Assembly (NCBI RefSeq): GCF_036321535.1
Contig: NC_087437.1
Location: 121,148,001 to 121,212,000 of the forward strand
DNA from: Camelus dromedarius
Lineage: Eukaryota
DNA: 64,000 nucleotides
Direction: 5' to 3'
Shown here in pieces: positions 46,592 through 59,317 of this stretch (position 1 is the stretch's first letter; each line of letters begins with the position of its first letter). The position numbers and the translations under genes were made by a program. The notes beneath the pieces are model-generated. The model ran no database searches and was not told the origin of the DNA. It saw nothing but the letters and a program-made list of their open reading frames with translations.

Positions 46592-49500
46592 AAGTCCTGC
46601 TGCTGACCGGGCCTGTACCCTCAGGGCCAGCTGGGTGCTATGGGCACCCCCTGACCATTGCTGGCCCCCCCACGCCATCCTCAGAAAGCACCCCAGCCTG
46701 AGCTCTGGTATGCACCTCTGCACGAATGTTCACTGACCTCAGACCCCAACAAACAGGGCTTAGCCCGTCTGTGGCCTCCACATTAGGCGCAGATGGATGT
46801 GAGATGGCCCTCCCCTACTACCGGGGGTCCCCAGGTTACCCCTGACAACCACCGACCCAGCTCTTCCTCCCAGCCTTGGGGCCGTACTCTGCCCCGTCGC
46901 CCCCTCCTGCTGCTCTGCGCCCCCTCTTTCCTGCAGGCATCTTGAGCTGAATGAATAAACATCCTTGTCTCAATTAGTTCTCTCTCCCAACTAGTTTTAT
47001 TCCATTATTCCCGGCCCTTGGGGAACATAAATAACTCTAGCCTCAGCAAGCTTGGAGACAAGCCACGTCCTGGGAGCACTTCCGAGGGTTCTGAGGTCTG
47101 AGGCCCAGCTGGTCGTTTCCAGGGCCCTTGACTCCCGCGTCTGTACGCCAGGCAGCTCTGGGTGGCTGTGCCATGTGTCTGAGACTCTGGTGGCCAACAC
47201 CACCTGGTGAGCAGGCCCCTAGGTGAGAAGGCCCCCCGCCACAGGCCTGGCTCTCCCTGGTCACTCTGCAGACATGCAGGGGCCAGGGCCCACGTTGGCT
47301 TCTGGCCCGGAGGCAGGCTGGGACTGTCACCCACTGGGACACAGCTGACGCTGGCATTTCTGCCGTCCACCAGCGTCCTGTGCTCGTCCTCCACCTCCCC
47401 TTGAACTCTGCACTTTATTCAATGCTCAAATGTCCCAACCTGCTTTGTCTGTGCCAGACAGGCTGGTGACAACACCCCCTCCCTGCCCCAGGTCCAAGCT
47501 GGGTGTGGCCGAGGTCAAGGGGAAGAGGCCAGGGGGTAGGTGACTCCCAGGCCCACACTCCAGGGTCTGAGGGCCAGGCTTGCTGCCTGAGGTTCACCCC
47601 GGGGGTGCCCCACGTTTCCTGGAGCCCCAAGCTTCCGATGCCCAGCCCTCGCTCCTGAACAGAGCCACTCCCTCACCTTCCTTCCAGCTGCCTCCACTCT
47701 CCACTGGCCCTACCTCTTAGCTCGTGACCCTACCCTGCCCTGCTATTGACATGAAGCGCTGCCCTCCCTCCCCAGAGGCCTCAAAGTCCAGCAAGGTGGT
47801 CCCCAAGGGGAGGGAGCAACGGCAAACGCCCGCGCACTCAGAGCAGGTCTGAGACATCGCCTGACCCGCCCACGGTCTCCCCTGGAGAACCTGGTCCAGA
47901 CTCCCTGGGCTGAGCTGGCTGTTCCAGGGTCACTGTGCCCCCCACCCAATAAAAGGAGGTCCCCAGAGAAGCTGTCAGTGGAAGGAGGGCCCCCCGCGAC
48001 TAGAGTCGGGCGGTGGGAATGGGTGCAGACAGACCAGCACCCAGCCCTGCCCCCACATTCCGGGGCTGCAGAGGCCGGTGGGAGTGCTGGCCCCTGCTTG
48101 CCCGGGGCCCCTGCCCATCTCCTGGGACCCTCCCAAGGAGGTGGAGGTGTGAGAAATCAACTCCCCCGGCTGTCACAGGGCTCCGCCCACCAGGGCCCCC
48201 TCTGCCCCTTCACAAGTCACCCTCAGGCCAACTTCAGCAGCCCCGCCCCCCAGAGAACTGAGGCGGCCCCGACTTCCTGTGCACCCTGCCCCTCTGGCCA
48301 GCTAATGAAACCTTTGGGCACCTTCTCAGAAACACGAATTTCAATGCACAAAATATAATGCTCCAGATTTCCAGGGGAGACCACTGTGTGCAAACACAGT
48401 TACTAAAAAGGAATTTGTTTAGAACGACGCAGTGAGACGTGGGCCTTTCCATCAAGGCGTTAACTAACCAGGGGAGCGGGGGCCTCAGGCGGACAGCGGA
48501 CGGAAGTCTGCTCGCATCTGTGATGGGACACGAGGGTGCCGGCAGCTCCGCAGGTGACAGTCCCGGGTGTTACCCTCGCTGGGAGCTGCTGCGTCTGGTT
48601 AGTTATGAAGACGAAGGCACAGTGCCTCCCACCCAAGTTCAAGGCCCCTGGATTCCATCCCCCGATCCTGGATGGAGCCAACTGGGTCGGGGACAGTGCC
48701 CACTGAGATGGGGGCAGCGGCCAGTCACCGATCCAATGACTGGTGACCCTCCCCCAGGGCACCCCAAGCTCAGCACTTGACCCCCAGAGGCATCCCGGGG
48801 GGGTCGTTCCCTAGTGCAGGGGCTCCTCCAAGCGCCCGCCAGCGCCCCACCCCCACGCGGCTGCACCCGAGCCGGGACACCCGCGGACCCCAGAACCCGA
48901 GCCCCGGCCCGTGCAGCTGGCCCACCCACCTGGGGCCGAAGACCCTTGAAGAATTTCCCATCTACCTCAGTCTTCTGCGCTGCCACGGCCACTGCAGAAA
49001 CCACTGGAAGGCACGTGGCCAAAAAGACACCAGAACCTGGCTACCTGCGTGGATGTGCACTGGGTTCTTCCCTGCGTGGGCACAGATGCCCACGTAGTCA
49101 CACACCTGCGCACTCACATCCATGTGCACGAACACTGCCCGCCCTCCCCTCAGCGCAGGACGACCCTGGTCCTCGCGCCCCGCAGACCCTCCAGGCTGGC
49201 AGCCGCCCCCCCCCCACCCGTTCAGCGGGTGCACCGGCGAGGCCCACGTGGTGCAGCCAGCCCGAGAGGAGCAGGCAGTCGGAGCTGCCCCACCCCGCCC
49301 CACCCAGAGGTGGGCAGCCTTCGGGGTCGCTTCTCCTTCCCCCTCCATCACCAGAGGCCCGAGCTAGGGCAGGGGGGCTCATGGGCTGCAAACCATCCGT
49401 GGAGTCACCTTGGAGGCGAGGCGGGCATTCTTTCCCCCGCCCACCTCCCAGCGGTGGGCGGGTGAGTGTCCCTGACACTGCCTGAGATGTTCATCAGACC

Positions 49501-50188
49501 TGACTCCCTGGAGACTCCCACGAATTCCCTCCCCCAGCGCAGAGCTGCCCGGGCCTCCTCAGCACCACTCCCGGGCCCGACCCGGGATGGGATGAAAGGT
49601 GAGACGCTAACAGAGGCGTCCCCCACCCAAGCCCCAGCCTCTCCAAGGACCAAGGCCGGCAGGGAGGAACCAGCTCTCAGGTCAGAAGCACCTCTCCCTC
49701 TGCTTTCTGAGCAGAGCTCTGGACGGGGCGCATGAGGCATCAGTGTGGTCGTGGTCCCGGGTGCTCCCCCAGACTCAGGATATGGAGAGCAGTGGGCGCC
49801 CTCCCAGCCCTAGCCGATTCCAGCCCAGAGCTCAGAACCCACCTGGGAGGAGGGGAGGGGAGATGAGGGAGGGGCTGGAGGGGGTGGGAGGATCCGGGCT
49901 GAGGGCTGAGGCCTCTGACCTGGTGTTTGGTGGGGGTGGGGCGTGGGAGGCGCCTCCAGTCCCAGAAGCGTGACCTGGGGGTTTCCTAGATTTTATCCTG
50001 GAAAAAGGCTGCCTGGAAATCCATGATTTCCTCTTAAAATTCAAAACCATAGAACCAGCATATAGTGTGTGAGGTCCCATTATAAAAAGGAAGATTCTTT
50101 TTTTCCTACTTTCTGTGCAGACAGACAATGCCCTGGCCTAACGGATGGGAATTTTTGGAAAAGGAACGGTGTGAGGGTCACAGTGCAC

Positions 50189-50268
50189 GGGCTCCGCGTG
50201 GCGGGGCTCCGCGTGGTGGGGCTCTGTGTGTGCGGGCTCCGTGTGTGCGGGCTCCGTGTGGCGGGGCT
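50189..50268. repeat. Minisatellite, about 5.3 x 15 bp (gggctccgygtg…)
   Basis: Units start at 50189, 50204, 50219, 50234 and 50249. Confidence 0.9.
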
Positions 50269-53200
50269 GTGAGCTGGCCGGGGGGAGGCTCTGCTGTGCT
50301 TGCCAGTGAAGCCTGCTTTGTTCTGAAGACTTGTTTCTGGAGAAAGGGCGGTGAGAGGTGAGGTGGGTCTCTTCCAGAGCACAGGTGACTGACCTGCATC
50401 GATGGGGTCGGGGAGGGGAGTGGTCATTCATTTAATGGCATGTACGGACTTTTGCTAAAAGTGACAAAAACAAAAAGCCTCATTATTTCTTTGGGGAGTC
50501 TGTGCCCAGTTGCCCACCACTCCCCAGCCCTGCAAAGCCGTCAAGCAGGTGAAGTGGGTCTTTTGGCCTCAGTCCCCCTATGACCCCGACTTGGCACCTC
50601 TCCTCCCTGTGACACACGCCCACGTGCCCAGCTCCAGGGGTGCCCGGGGCGTGACTCCGAGGGTGCCGGCCTGGGGCTGGAGCTGCGCAGATGCAGCCTC
50701 ACGGCCGCCAGCACCAGAGGACAGGGTGGAAGCCACTCCCACGGGGACAAAGCACAGCCCACCAGGAAACAAGCAGCGGCTTCCTCACTGCAGACCACTC
50801 AAGGGCCTTGAGCCAGGCGGCGTGAGCCCAGCAGGGGGCGTCGTGCCCACACAGGACTCCCGGCAGTGACTGGGGCCTCGCCGGCGGACGCCAGGGTTCC
50901 CACCTGCCTTTCCCGCAGCATTCTCCTTAAAGGAATGCTTTAAGGAGGGCAGGGAGGAGGACTTCCTGGGAGCCGCCCCACCGTGGCCCCCCCACCCCGG
51001 GCAGCTTTTAAAATGGTGTGACTGCGCCTCCCCTACAAGGGTGTCGAGCGAGTGAAGGAAGGAAGGAAGGTGGGTGACGAGGGCGCCACGTCCATCAGGT
51101 ACAGACACCTCAGCACCACCCCGACTCCTGGGTGAGAAGCCGCCTCTGACTGTCTCCAGGCTAACAGAGGACACGGTTCTGACACCTGCAGCAGGTCACC
51201 CCGCTCCGAGCCCCCACCCCGCCCCTTCTCTCTGCCCCGCCCCCTGCACCCAGCAGTGTCCAGCCCCTTGGGGTACTGCTCTCCCTATTATCGCCCCACA
51301 GAACCCCTCTGCCTTGGCCTCCTGTCCACGTGGAGATGACACTGGGTTGGGACAGGCTGAGTCTGGGGTGGACAAAGGCTCTTCGGCCCGCAGCTGCCAC
51401 TCACTCCCTGACCGAGATCCTGGCTCAGAACTCGGGCCACCAAGCTGTCCCCCGCAGGGCACCCCTGCCACTTTCCTGGCACCACACACATCAGGCACCC
51501 CAGAGTGGTGGGCCTCTTGTGGGAGCTGGAAGGTCTTATGATCGTATTGCACCCTCTGTCCCAGGGCAGCTGGCCCAGCTCAGGGGGGCAGCAGAGGGGT
51601 CTCAGGATCAGAAGACTCAGGCTGGCTCTGGGGTCAGGGGGCCAACAGCTTATTCAAGGCATCTCGGCCCAGAACCCTGCCGGCCACTCGTCCCAGGGGA
51701 GCCCAGCCCACACGCACATGCCTGCCCTGAGCCCTGGCCGCTGTGTTCCAGAGCCTCTCCCCTGCCGTCCTCCACCCTGAGTCTGGTCCTGTGTCCACAG
51801 CTGGTTCCCCAGCTGCACCTCCCACCTGGCCCCCGCCACCTCGTTTGTGCTGACTGCCTGCCGGGGTCCTCTCTCTGGCTTGACTGAGGCTCTCTGAGAC
51901 CTGACTCATCCTCAGACACACCTGTGTAGACGGGCCAGGCCCCAGGCCCCACCCCTCATCAGAGGGTCCACACCAGACCCCGGGCAGACACGTAAGCTCA
52001 ATTTCCCCATTGGCAAAACGGGCCACACCACCTCCTGCAGGAGGGGCCCTGGAGCCTACTGACCAGTACACCTGCGAGATTCTGACCACAGGTTCCCGAC
52101 CAGCCCCACCCAGGCCCCACGCCCACCTCAGCTGTCAGGACGCAGCCCCTGCTGTCCAGTTCTTATGAAGGCCGGGCAGAAGAGGCCAGCTCCGTGTCCA
52201 CACAAGGCCCCCTCTCCGTTCCCAGGCTTCCTCACTGTTGAACTTGAAGCCCCCCAGATGTGCATCCCCTGTTCCCCCAGCTCCTGGGCCACTCTGGCGC
52301 CCCACCGTCACCTGGATGGGGTTAACTTTCTACGTGCAGGGCAAAGGTCCAGTCCTTCCCTCCACTGCTCCGCTGGGTTGGGGACACCTGAAAATCCCAG
52401 CCCATAGTGACCCACAGCCTTCCAGCGACCTTACTTGCTTACTAAGTGAGTCTGTGCCCCAGGGCAGAGAGAGACTGGACAGTGCTGGAAGCAGAGCCCC
52501 TCCGCAGCACAGCCCCTCCGCAGCACAGCGCCCCCGGGGAAGGGGTATGGCGCCCAGGGGCACAGAGGCCCTGAGGCCCTCACTGCCACAGTCACACTCC
52601 AGGCCACCGGCTGGTGGTCGCAGACTCGGGGGGCAGGATCTCAAAACCCGGGGCGGTCACAGCCAAGGCCTGGGCGCCTCGTGCGCAGGCCCAGCAAGGG
52701 CGCAGGGAAGGTGAAGCCCAACCGCACACACTGTCCGGTGTGAACACCCGTGCCTTCCACACCCGAGCGCGTCAGGGCGACCTCCTTAACTGCCTGTGTC
52801 CTGGCTGGCTGCTCCCCAGTGCCTCGGGAGCGCTCCAGGTTTAGTTCACGACTACTTACTTGCTTTCATCTTTCTTCCCTCCTTCCTGCCAGTGCAACTA
52901 GGTCATCTTTTAACTGTTTGCAACGTGCCTTCAGGGGAGAGGGGGCGGGCTTTATAAATAACCTTTATCATTACAGATGCAGGGTGATTCTGTTCCCAGC
53001 GCTGAAGGAACATGAAGATACATGTCTCTGACTCACCCCCACCGGGGAGACTCCGTGCGCTCAGGACGCTGCACCCTGGACCCCGCGTGTAGGTCTGTCC
53101 TTGAAGATGGGGATTCATGGCTACAGGCTGACTTGGCTTCTGCGCCGTGCAAACCACCCACCCCAAGGCTGTGATTGCGACAGGCGCGGCCGCCTCAGGG

Positions 53201-53579
53201 CCTGGGAGCGGGCGCTTCAGTCCTTCCCGACACCCCCGCCCCAGGGCCTGCTCACCTCCACTCGCACGTCCCGGTTGCTCCCTGGGGAGCTGGGGACCTC
53301 TATGGACCACCCCCAACCCACGCAGGCCAGTGTTCCGAACTGGGGACATCATCGGTCAGCTCCTGGTCACATCATTGGGAGCCAAGTGCCGCCAGAGCAA
53401 AGAGCTGTGACATGCAGGGGACTTCGGAGAATCCCAGGGACCCGCGCACACACTGCCTCCACGCCTCCCTCGCCGCCCACACTGCTGCTCCCACGAGGCC
53501 GCACGCGCCCAACACTCACTCCCGTCCCCGAGCCCAGCTGCTGCTCCCGGGTCTCCCGTCCCTGGCGCTCTGTGCTTTA

Positions 53580-54800
53580 CTGTTAGGTGTGGTACGTAAA
53601 GTCCCCCGGGAGAAGCTCCAGAAAGGCGTGATCGGGCGTGGCGGCCGGCAGGTCAACGTCCTTCCTAGGGAGGCAGGATCGGAACGCCCCCCACCCCCGA
53701 CAGGGCTCTCCACCTCGGAGGGGGGCGTGCCTGGGGCTTCTCCGCGGCCCAGACTGCCGTTTCTGTGCTGCGCTGCGCTCAGGCGGGCCTGGGCTCTGCT
53801 CACAGGGACCCGCCAGCGGCTGCGCTTCATTCCTCAGGCAGGTGCAAGGCCTCTCCCGGGAGGCCCAGCAGGTAAGTACTTGCGAAGGGCCTCGGGTGGG
53901 GGAGGTTAACTCTTTGAAGGAGCCCCCACCCCGCAACGTCTCCACTGTGACGGCCGCCACCCCTTTCGTCTTCTCCGCCGCCTCCCTCGCGAAGCCCAAG
54001 CCCGGCTGCTCCCCAGCCAGCCCAGCACCGGTGGCCTTGAACCAGCCGCGGAAAGGGCAGCACCGTCCTGGAGCCCGGCGCATCCCCGCCCCACCCCACG
54101 TCCCCCGCTTACCCGTGCAGGGCTCCCATTGCCGGGTGCCTCGGCCTGGGGTCGCCAGGGGCAGGAGCGCGACACACAGGGCCAGCAGGACAGACATGAG
54201 GGGCCCCAGTCCCAAGCTCCATCCAGGGCTCCGCACGCGCCCACGCCCGGGAAGCAGCTGCTCCTCGTGCACCTGGGTCGGCCCTGCCGGCGGTCACTGC
54301 AGGGGCCACATCCCCGAGGCCGTGCAGGGGCGGCGACGCGCAGCCGGGCGGCAGCGGGCTGCTCTACCTCCTCATCTCCAGCTGCGCGGGGTCCCGTCCT
54401 GCAGGTGACAGCTGCCAGCACCTGCGAGGCTGCGATCAGTCACTGGCCAAGCGCCTTTTCCCCGAAGGAGGAGAGAAGTGAAGCATCCAGGAGGGCGGAG
54501 AGCAAGCCAGAGGCCCCAGGACCTGTGCAGGCCCCTCTGGGGTGCGAGCGCGGGCCACCAGGTGGGGGGCGGGCGGGAGCAGAGCCAACGCAGTCCCCGC
54601 GGTCCCGGGCCGGCAGTGGCCGTCGGGAGGGTGGGGCTCCTGTGGAGGGCTTTTATCTGGCGCCCAGCCCTCCGGAGGGTGTGTGGGTTTGTCAACTGCT
54701 GGGTTTCAGGAATTTCCCTCCTGAGGGAAGTCAGTCCTTCAAGGGAACAGCTAATGAGACGCGAGCGTCGCCCGGGGGAGGGGAGTGGCCGCGAGGCGGG
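53580..54800. promoter_or_regulatory. CpG/GC-rich region spanning the TSPEAR promoter, exon 1 and proximal intron 1
   Basis: Dense CG dinucleotides around exon 1 (judged by eye, not computed). CTTTGAAG TCF/LEF motif at 53912-53919. Confidence 0.6.
54113..54197 (-). CDS. TSPEAR: TSPEAR coding exon 1 (signal peptide), 85 nt, phase-1 donor
   Basis: MSVLLALCVALLPLATPGRGTRQWEPCT-G|GTAAG matches human [33 protein letters not shown]. Its position just beyond the last KRTAP10 fits human synteny. Confidence 0.92.
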
Positions 54801-55767
54801 TGGTTCATTTCATCAGGCTCCTGGTCACTGGGGTCTGACCTGCCCAAACCACGGTCAGTCCACCTGCAGGCTGCCCCAGGTGGACGGTTATCACGCGTGG
54901 TGGTTCTTTCGTGAGACACCCTGCCCGCCTGTCCCTCAGAGACAGTGCACAGACAAACGGGCTTGGGGGGCGCACAGGGCCCTGAGAGGCACCTTTCCTT
55001 GTCTCAGATGGCGGGCAGCAGCTGGTCCTGAACCCCAAGCTCTGCCCCGAAGCCCCAGCTCCGAGGTCTACGCAGAGGATGGTGACACAGAAGGCATTTA
55101 CGGGGGCACAGATGCCCCCTACCCTGGTCAGGGCTTGTTGGGAGGCGGGGGGGGGGGGAGCCGGAGAGGAAGGGAGGGAGGGGCATGTCAAAGGCCTCCA
55201 CGCGTGGCCCGAGACGGTCTCCCTCCCCTCTGTCTGAACACACACGGACGGTTTGCATCCTGGTCATGGGTCCCGGTTTTCCGGGTCCATATGAAGAAAA
55301 CCTGCAAGGCCCGTCTTACCCTGGGCCCTTCCCATCGCAGGGAGCCCCTGCTCCTGGACCCTGAACCCCCGGCCGGCCGGGCACTCAGACTCTGCCGCCC
55401 CAGATCCTGGGGGCTGTGAAACACAGACCCAGCACAGATCATCTGGTCAGAGGAAGGACCCAACCCCCCACAGAGAGAAGGCCTAGTCTTTGCGGAAAAG
55501 ACAGCAGTTTAAACTGAACAACTCGAGCTCTTCTCTTTTCTTTCTCAATTGATGAGAAGTTTGAGCTCACAGCGGCCCTGGGTGGGGGTGGGGGGGCAGG
55601 CAGGCCAGGACCGGTGACGTCCCACAGGACGGGCAGGTGGCACCTGCGCAGGGCCACAAGCCCAGATCACGTCGCTGGGGCGCCACAGACTTCGCCACGT
55701 GACCACTGACCTCTGACCCCAAGGCTCTTGCTGACCTTCGCAGTTTGATAAAAGTAAAATCATGTAC

Positions 55768-55897
55768 TTTTTTGTTCTGTTTGTGGCAGGGAAGTAATTA
55801 GATTGATTCTTTTTTTTTTAAACGGAGGTGCTGGGGAGTGAACTCAGGGCCTCCTGCGTGCTAGGCACGCCCTCTGTCACTGAGCTGTACCCACTCC
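55768..55897 (-). mobile_element. tRNA-derived SINE
   Basis: gaagtaattagattga…ggaggtgctggggagtgaactcagggcctcctgcgtgctaggc…cactgagctgtaccc, flanked by tgtacttt / tgtatttc. Confidence 0.85.
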
Positions 55898-57214
55898 TGT
55901 ATTTCTTTTTTAACAACCAGATCTGAAAAGTCAAAATCACATTACCTTGAACCTTTCCAAAAAATCTCTCTTCTGTTACATTTAATCCAGTAACACCAGG
56001 AAGATTCTCGATGATTAACAAGGGTTAATTAGTAAAAAGTTACCCATTTTGAAAACGGCAAAAATATGTGCCTGGACGCAGAAAAAGCTCAGAGTTTCCC
56101 GTCCAGCCTGGTCCCTGTGCAGCCCTGGACAAGCCTCACGCGTGCTCTGAGTCTGGTGCCACGTCTGCGGGCCGCGCCGCCAGAGGACCCCCGCGGCACG
56201 TCCTGTGCGTTACGGGGTGTGGTCCCCATGGGGCAGCGCTTCGCCAGGGTGGCCGGGCACACCGGCTCCCAGGGCCCCTGCAAGAGGGGCAGGGCCACGG
56301 GCCCTCCCTTGGGACACACGCTCCCACAAGCCGATGTCACTGAGGCTTCGGCAGCAAAGAAAGCTGCATACAATTTGCTACCCTGGGTCCCCCGAGCTCC
56401 TCTGCTGCGGAAACCACCTCTCCCACATCACAGGCACTGGAGTCACGGAGCTGCGTCCCAGGAGCCCGCTACGACATATGAGCTTGCGAAGGTCAGAGGT
56501 GGCCCGGCCACCGTCTCATAGGTCAGAGCGAGTTCTGTGATTGTTCGAACCTGCCCGAACAAACCTTACATTGTCGGGATTTCCCTCCCGGCAAGCAGGC
56601 TGGGTGAATTCCATCTCTGTGTGGCCCGAGCGCATCCTCGCCTCTTCGGGGCTGGTTAGCGCATCCCAAACAGCGGCGATGCCTTCTCGAGGCAACCGGG
56701 AGATGTGGCAGGTAAAGGAGAAATTTGAAATGGTGACTTCGTGTTACAGAAATGCGCTGATTCCGCCCAGCCCCCCCCCCCCCCCGAACTAACCCTTCAC
56801 TTACGCAGACCATTAAAGCTCCGTGGTTTTTAATCGTTTAAAGACACAAACGCTCCTCCGGGAATAGGCTGTAATTCGGAATTGAATGACCGCTGTCCTA
56901 AGGATGCTTGGAGAGGTCTGTGGGGAACAGAAGAGAACACTTGGCAGGTGACAGCGAGTCCAGATCGACTTGGGAGGACCTGGCGAGCTCGGACAGTGAG
57001 CAGTCACGGCCGGGCTGGCTGCTCCTGGGCCAGGTCCCCACCTGGGCCGGGCCCCCACCTGGCGCCCAGCTGTGAGCTCGTCAGCCGTCAGCCACTGACT
57101 CACCCGGAGCAGGCGAGGCTCAGAGTCTCCGGGAAATGCAGGCGGGAAGTCACTTCGAAAGTGATCTAAGAAGAGAGGGCTCATTGGGTTACTGAAGAAG
57201 GGACTGAGTTTGTT

Positions 57215-58500
57215 TTCCTGTCATGAGAAAAGTTCTTTGGATGGTCGGGCCATTAACCCTTTGTCTGCTAAAGGGTTACTGCATATATTTTCTCCCTATG
57301 ATTTCTTTTTTGATGCTTTGGTTTAAATGGTTTTGTTTTGTTTTTGATACTTTTTGATGATTTTGTCTTTTGCCAGGTATTTCAATTTTTTATTTAGTCA
57401 GCAACATTCTCCTTAAGCCATGTGGGCATTCTCTGCTGCTCTGCTGTGTGCTTCGCCCTCCGGCTCATCCGAAGTGTGGTCCTGAACACTGGAACTCAGT
57501 GAGTAGGACTCTGTTTCCAGAAGGCTGCTGTGTGCACACCGTTTATTAAGTACCGCCCCCTCCCACCATCTCGAAATGTCCAGTCCAGAGGGGTCAGACT
57601 AATCTCGGTTCCACTAGTCTGTCTCTCTCCTTTGCCAGCACGTGATTCTGACAACAGGGTTTATGGAAAGCATTCACACAGAGACGAAGGGTGCACGCGC
57701 TCGTTTTCCCTTTTCAAAAACGTATGAGCAGTTCTCACGTGTTTTCTTATACGAACTTAAAAAATGATTGGTTCTTACCTTCATCTTCCAAATGAAAATC
57801 GAACAAACGAGCAAAAAGCATTGCAGGAAAACCTACTGGAGTGACAGTGAGTTCACAGAGTAAACTCAGAACACGGGCTTTCTATGATGTGAAGTCTCCC
57901 CACTCAAGGATATGTGTGTCTGTTTATTCCGAAGTTGAAATAAATTCATCCCTCAAATTTCAGTTTTGACTATAGAGATCCTATACTTTTTCTGTAAAGT
58001 TACTCCTGTAAATGTCCTATAAGTTTATAATTTTATCATCATCGTGAACATAAACCCCCACTTCCACCTGTAATTGGTTACTGCTCATATAAAGAAGACT
58101 GGTCCATTTTGTACAGTTATCTCGTGTCCAGCAACCTTAAATTTAGTAAGTGATTTTACAATCTCTTGTTTTTCTAGACGAACATTGTCTGCAAGTAACA
58201 GTAACTGTGGCCCTGTTGCGTTAGCGTGTGCACCAGGCTATCTTCTTCTTACGGCACAAACCAGGGCCTTCAAAGCCGAGTCGGAAGCAGCGACAGCCCT
58301 GGGCTTATCCAGGCCCAAGCCTGGTGAGACTGGCCGCCGAGTTTGGAAGCCTCATCATGTTAAAGAATTACTCCTCTTTTCCTCTTTTCCTCAGAGGAGG
58401 AATGGCTGCTGCGTTTTGTCAGACGCTTTTGTACATCGATTAATATGATTTGCAGATTTTCTATTTTAGCTTTCTAAGTTTGTCGGTGGAATTCATCACA
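57215..58500 (-). mobile_element. Old antisense L1 ORF2 relics
   Basis: ccctttgtctgctaaagggttactgcatatattttctccc; ttttgtacagttatctcgtgtccagcaacctt; cattgtctgcaagtaacagtaac. Confidence 0.6.
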
Positions 58501-59317
58501 AGGTCCTTTTCCAAGTGCTGAGCCGCCCTGACCCTCCCGGGGTGACACACACAGGAGCAGGGTACATTTTCCTCCTGACTCACTGCAGACCTGACCCAAC
58601 GTTTCATTTAGAACACTTGCTTCCGCACCACATTCTTCTCTTCCCAGGCAGCCTGCTGGGCCCCAGATGCTCCCCGGGCGCTGCAGGCTGAGAGCTGTGT
58701 GTCCCAGCCCACACCTCTGTGCCCAGCGTCAGGCCACATGCAGATACTCACCTGGCGTCCTACCAGGGTCTCTGTGCCCCTGGCTCAGAGCAGGCACCGT
58801 CCTGGGTGCAGGCCAGAAACTGGGAACTCATCCTTGGCACCCCCACCCCAGGAAGTCCCACTGAGTTCACCCCAAACACTCCTGCCTCCCACCCCCACCT
58901 TCCCGGCCCAGCCACCTTCACTCCACACTGTTGCTGCCCAGCCACGTCCCGTCTCCACACCCCCCGGGCCTCTGCACCTGCTCCTAGCGACCTGGCCTCT
59001 CAGAACCCAAGCCTGGCCTGACTGGCCTCCCATCGGGGGCTTCCGGCCCAGAATAAAGACAATATCGGAGTGTGGCCTCCAAGCCTGAGGTGTGGCCCTG
59101 CCCTCCACCCAGCTGCACGTCTCCCTCCACTCACACGCACACACACGCACGCACACGCCTGGGGCTTCTGTCAGACCCACGTCTGCGATGTGCCTCCTCC
59201 CACCCGTGGCTGCTCCCAGGTGGGCCCGCTCCCTGCACCTCCACCTCAGCCTGATTAACTCCTGGGGGGCCTCCTTGCAGAAGCTCTCAGCACCTTGAGT
59301 GCCTCTCCTTCAGGGAG

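Larger units (their letters stand above)
1..54112 (-). other. TSPEAR: TSPEAR intron 1 (partial; continues left of the window), host intron of the KRTAP10/12 cluster
   Basis: Starts at the GTAAG donor (54112-54108, minus) after exon 1. No further TSPEAR exon was recognised in the window. KRTAP10/12 genes are known to be nested in TSPEAR intron 1 in human. Confidence 0.8.

Noticed and set aside
45668-46723. Long antisense and alternate-frame ORFs over KAP genes (also 6936-7481, 16905-17390, 29445-30062, 35642-36313)
   Set aside because: Shadows of repetitive Cys/Pro codons (TGC/CCC) that lack stops in other frames. No independent promoter or polyA signal.
50189-50268. 15-bp repeat as a hidden pentapeptide KAP exon
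   Set aside because: The period matches, but no frame gives Cys-Cys pentamers and there are no gene signals.
51640-51890. Possible decayed KAP (cacacgcacATG-PALSPGRCVPEPLPCRPPP*)
   Set aside because: Only a faint resemblance: no TATA, early stop, no Cys repeats.
53175-55419. Multiple 200-300-aa ORFs around the TSPEAR promoter
   Set aside because: GC-rich low-complexity Pro/Arg/Gly translations. Only the 28 codons of TSPEAR exon 1 are recognisable.
58660-59060. Possible KRTAP12 remnant (MLPGRCRLRAVCPSP…)
   Set aside because: No alignable KRTAP12 motifs or promoter. Only the AATAAA is suggestive.
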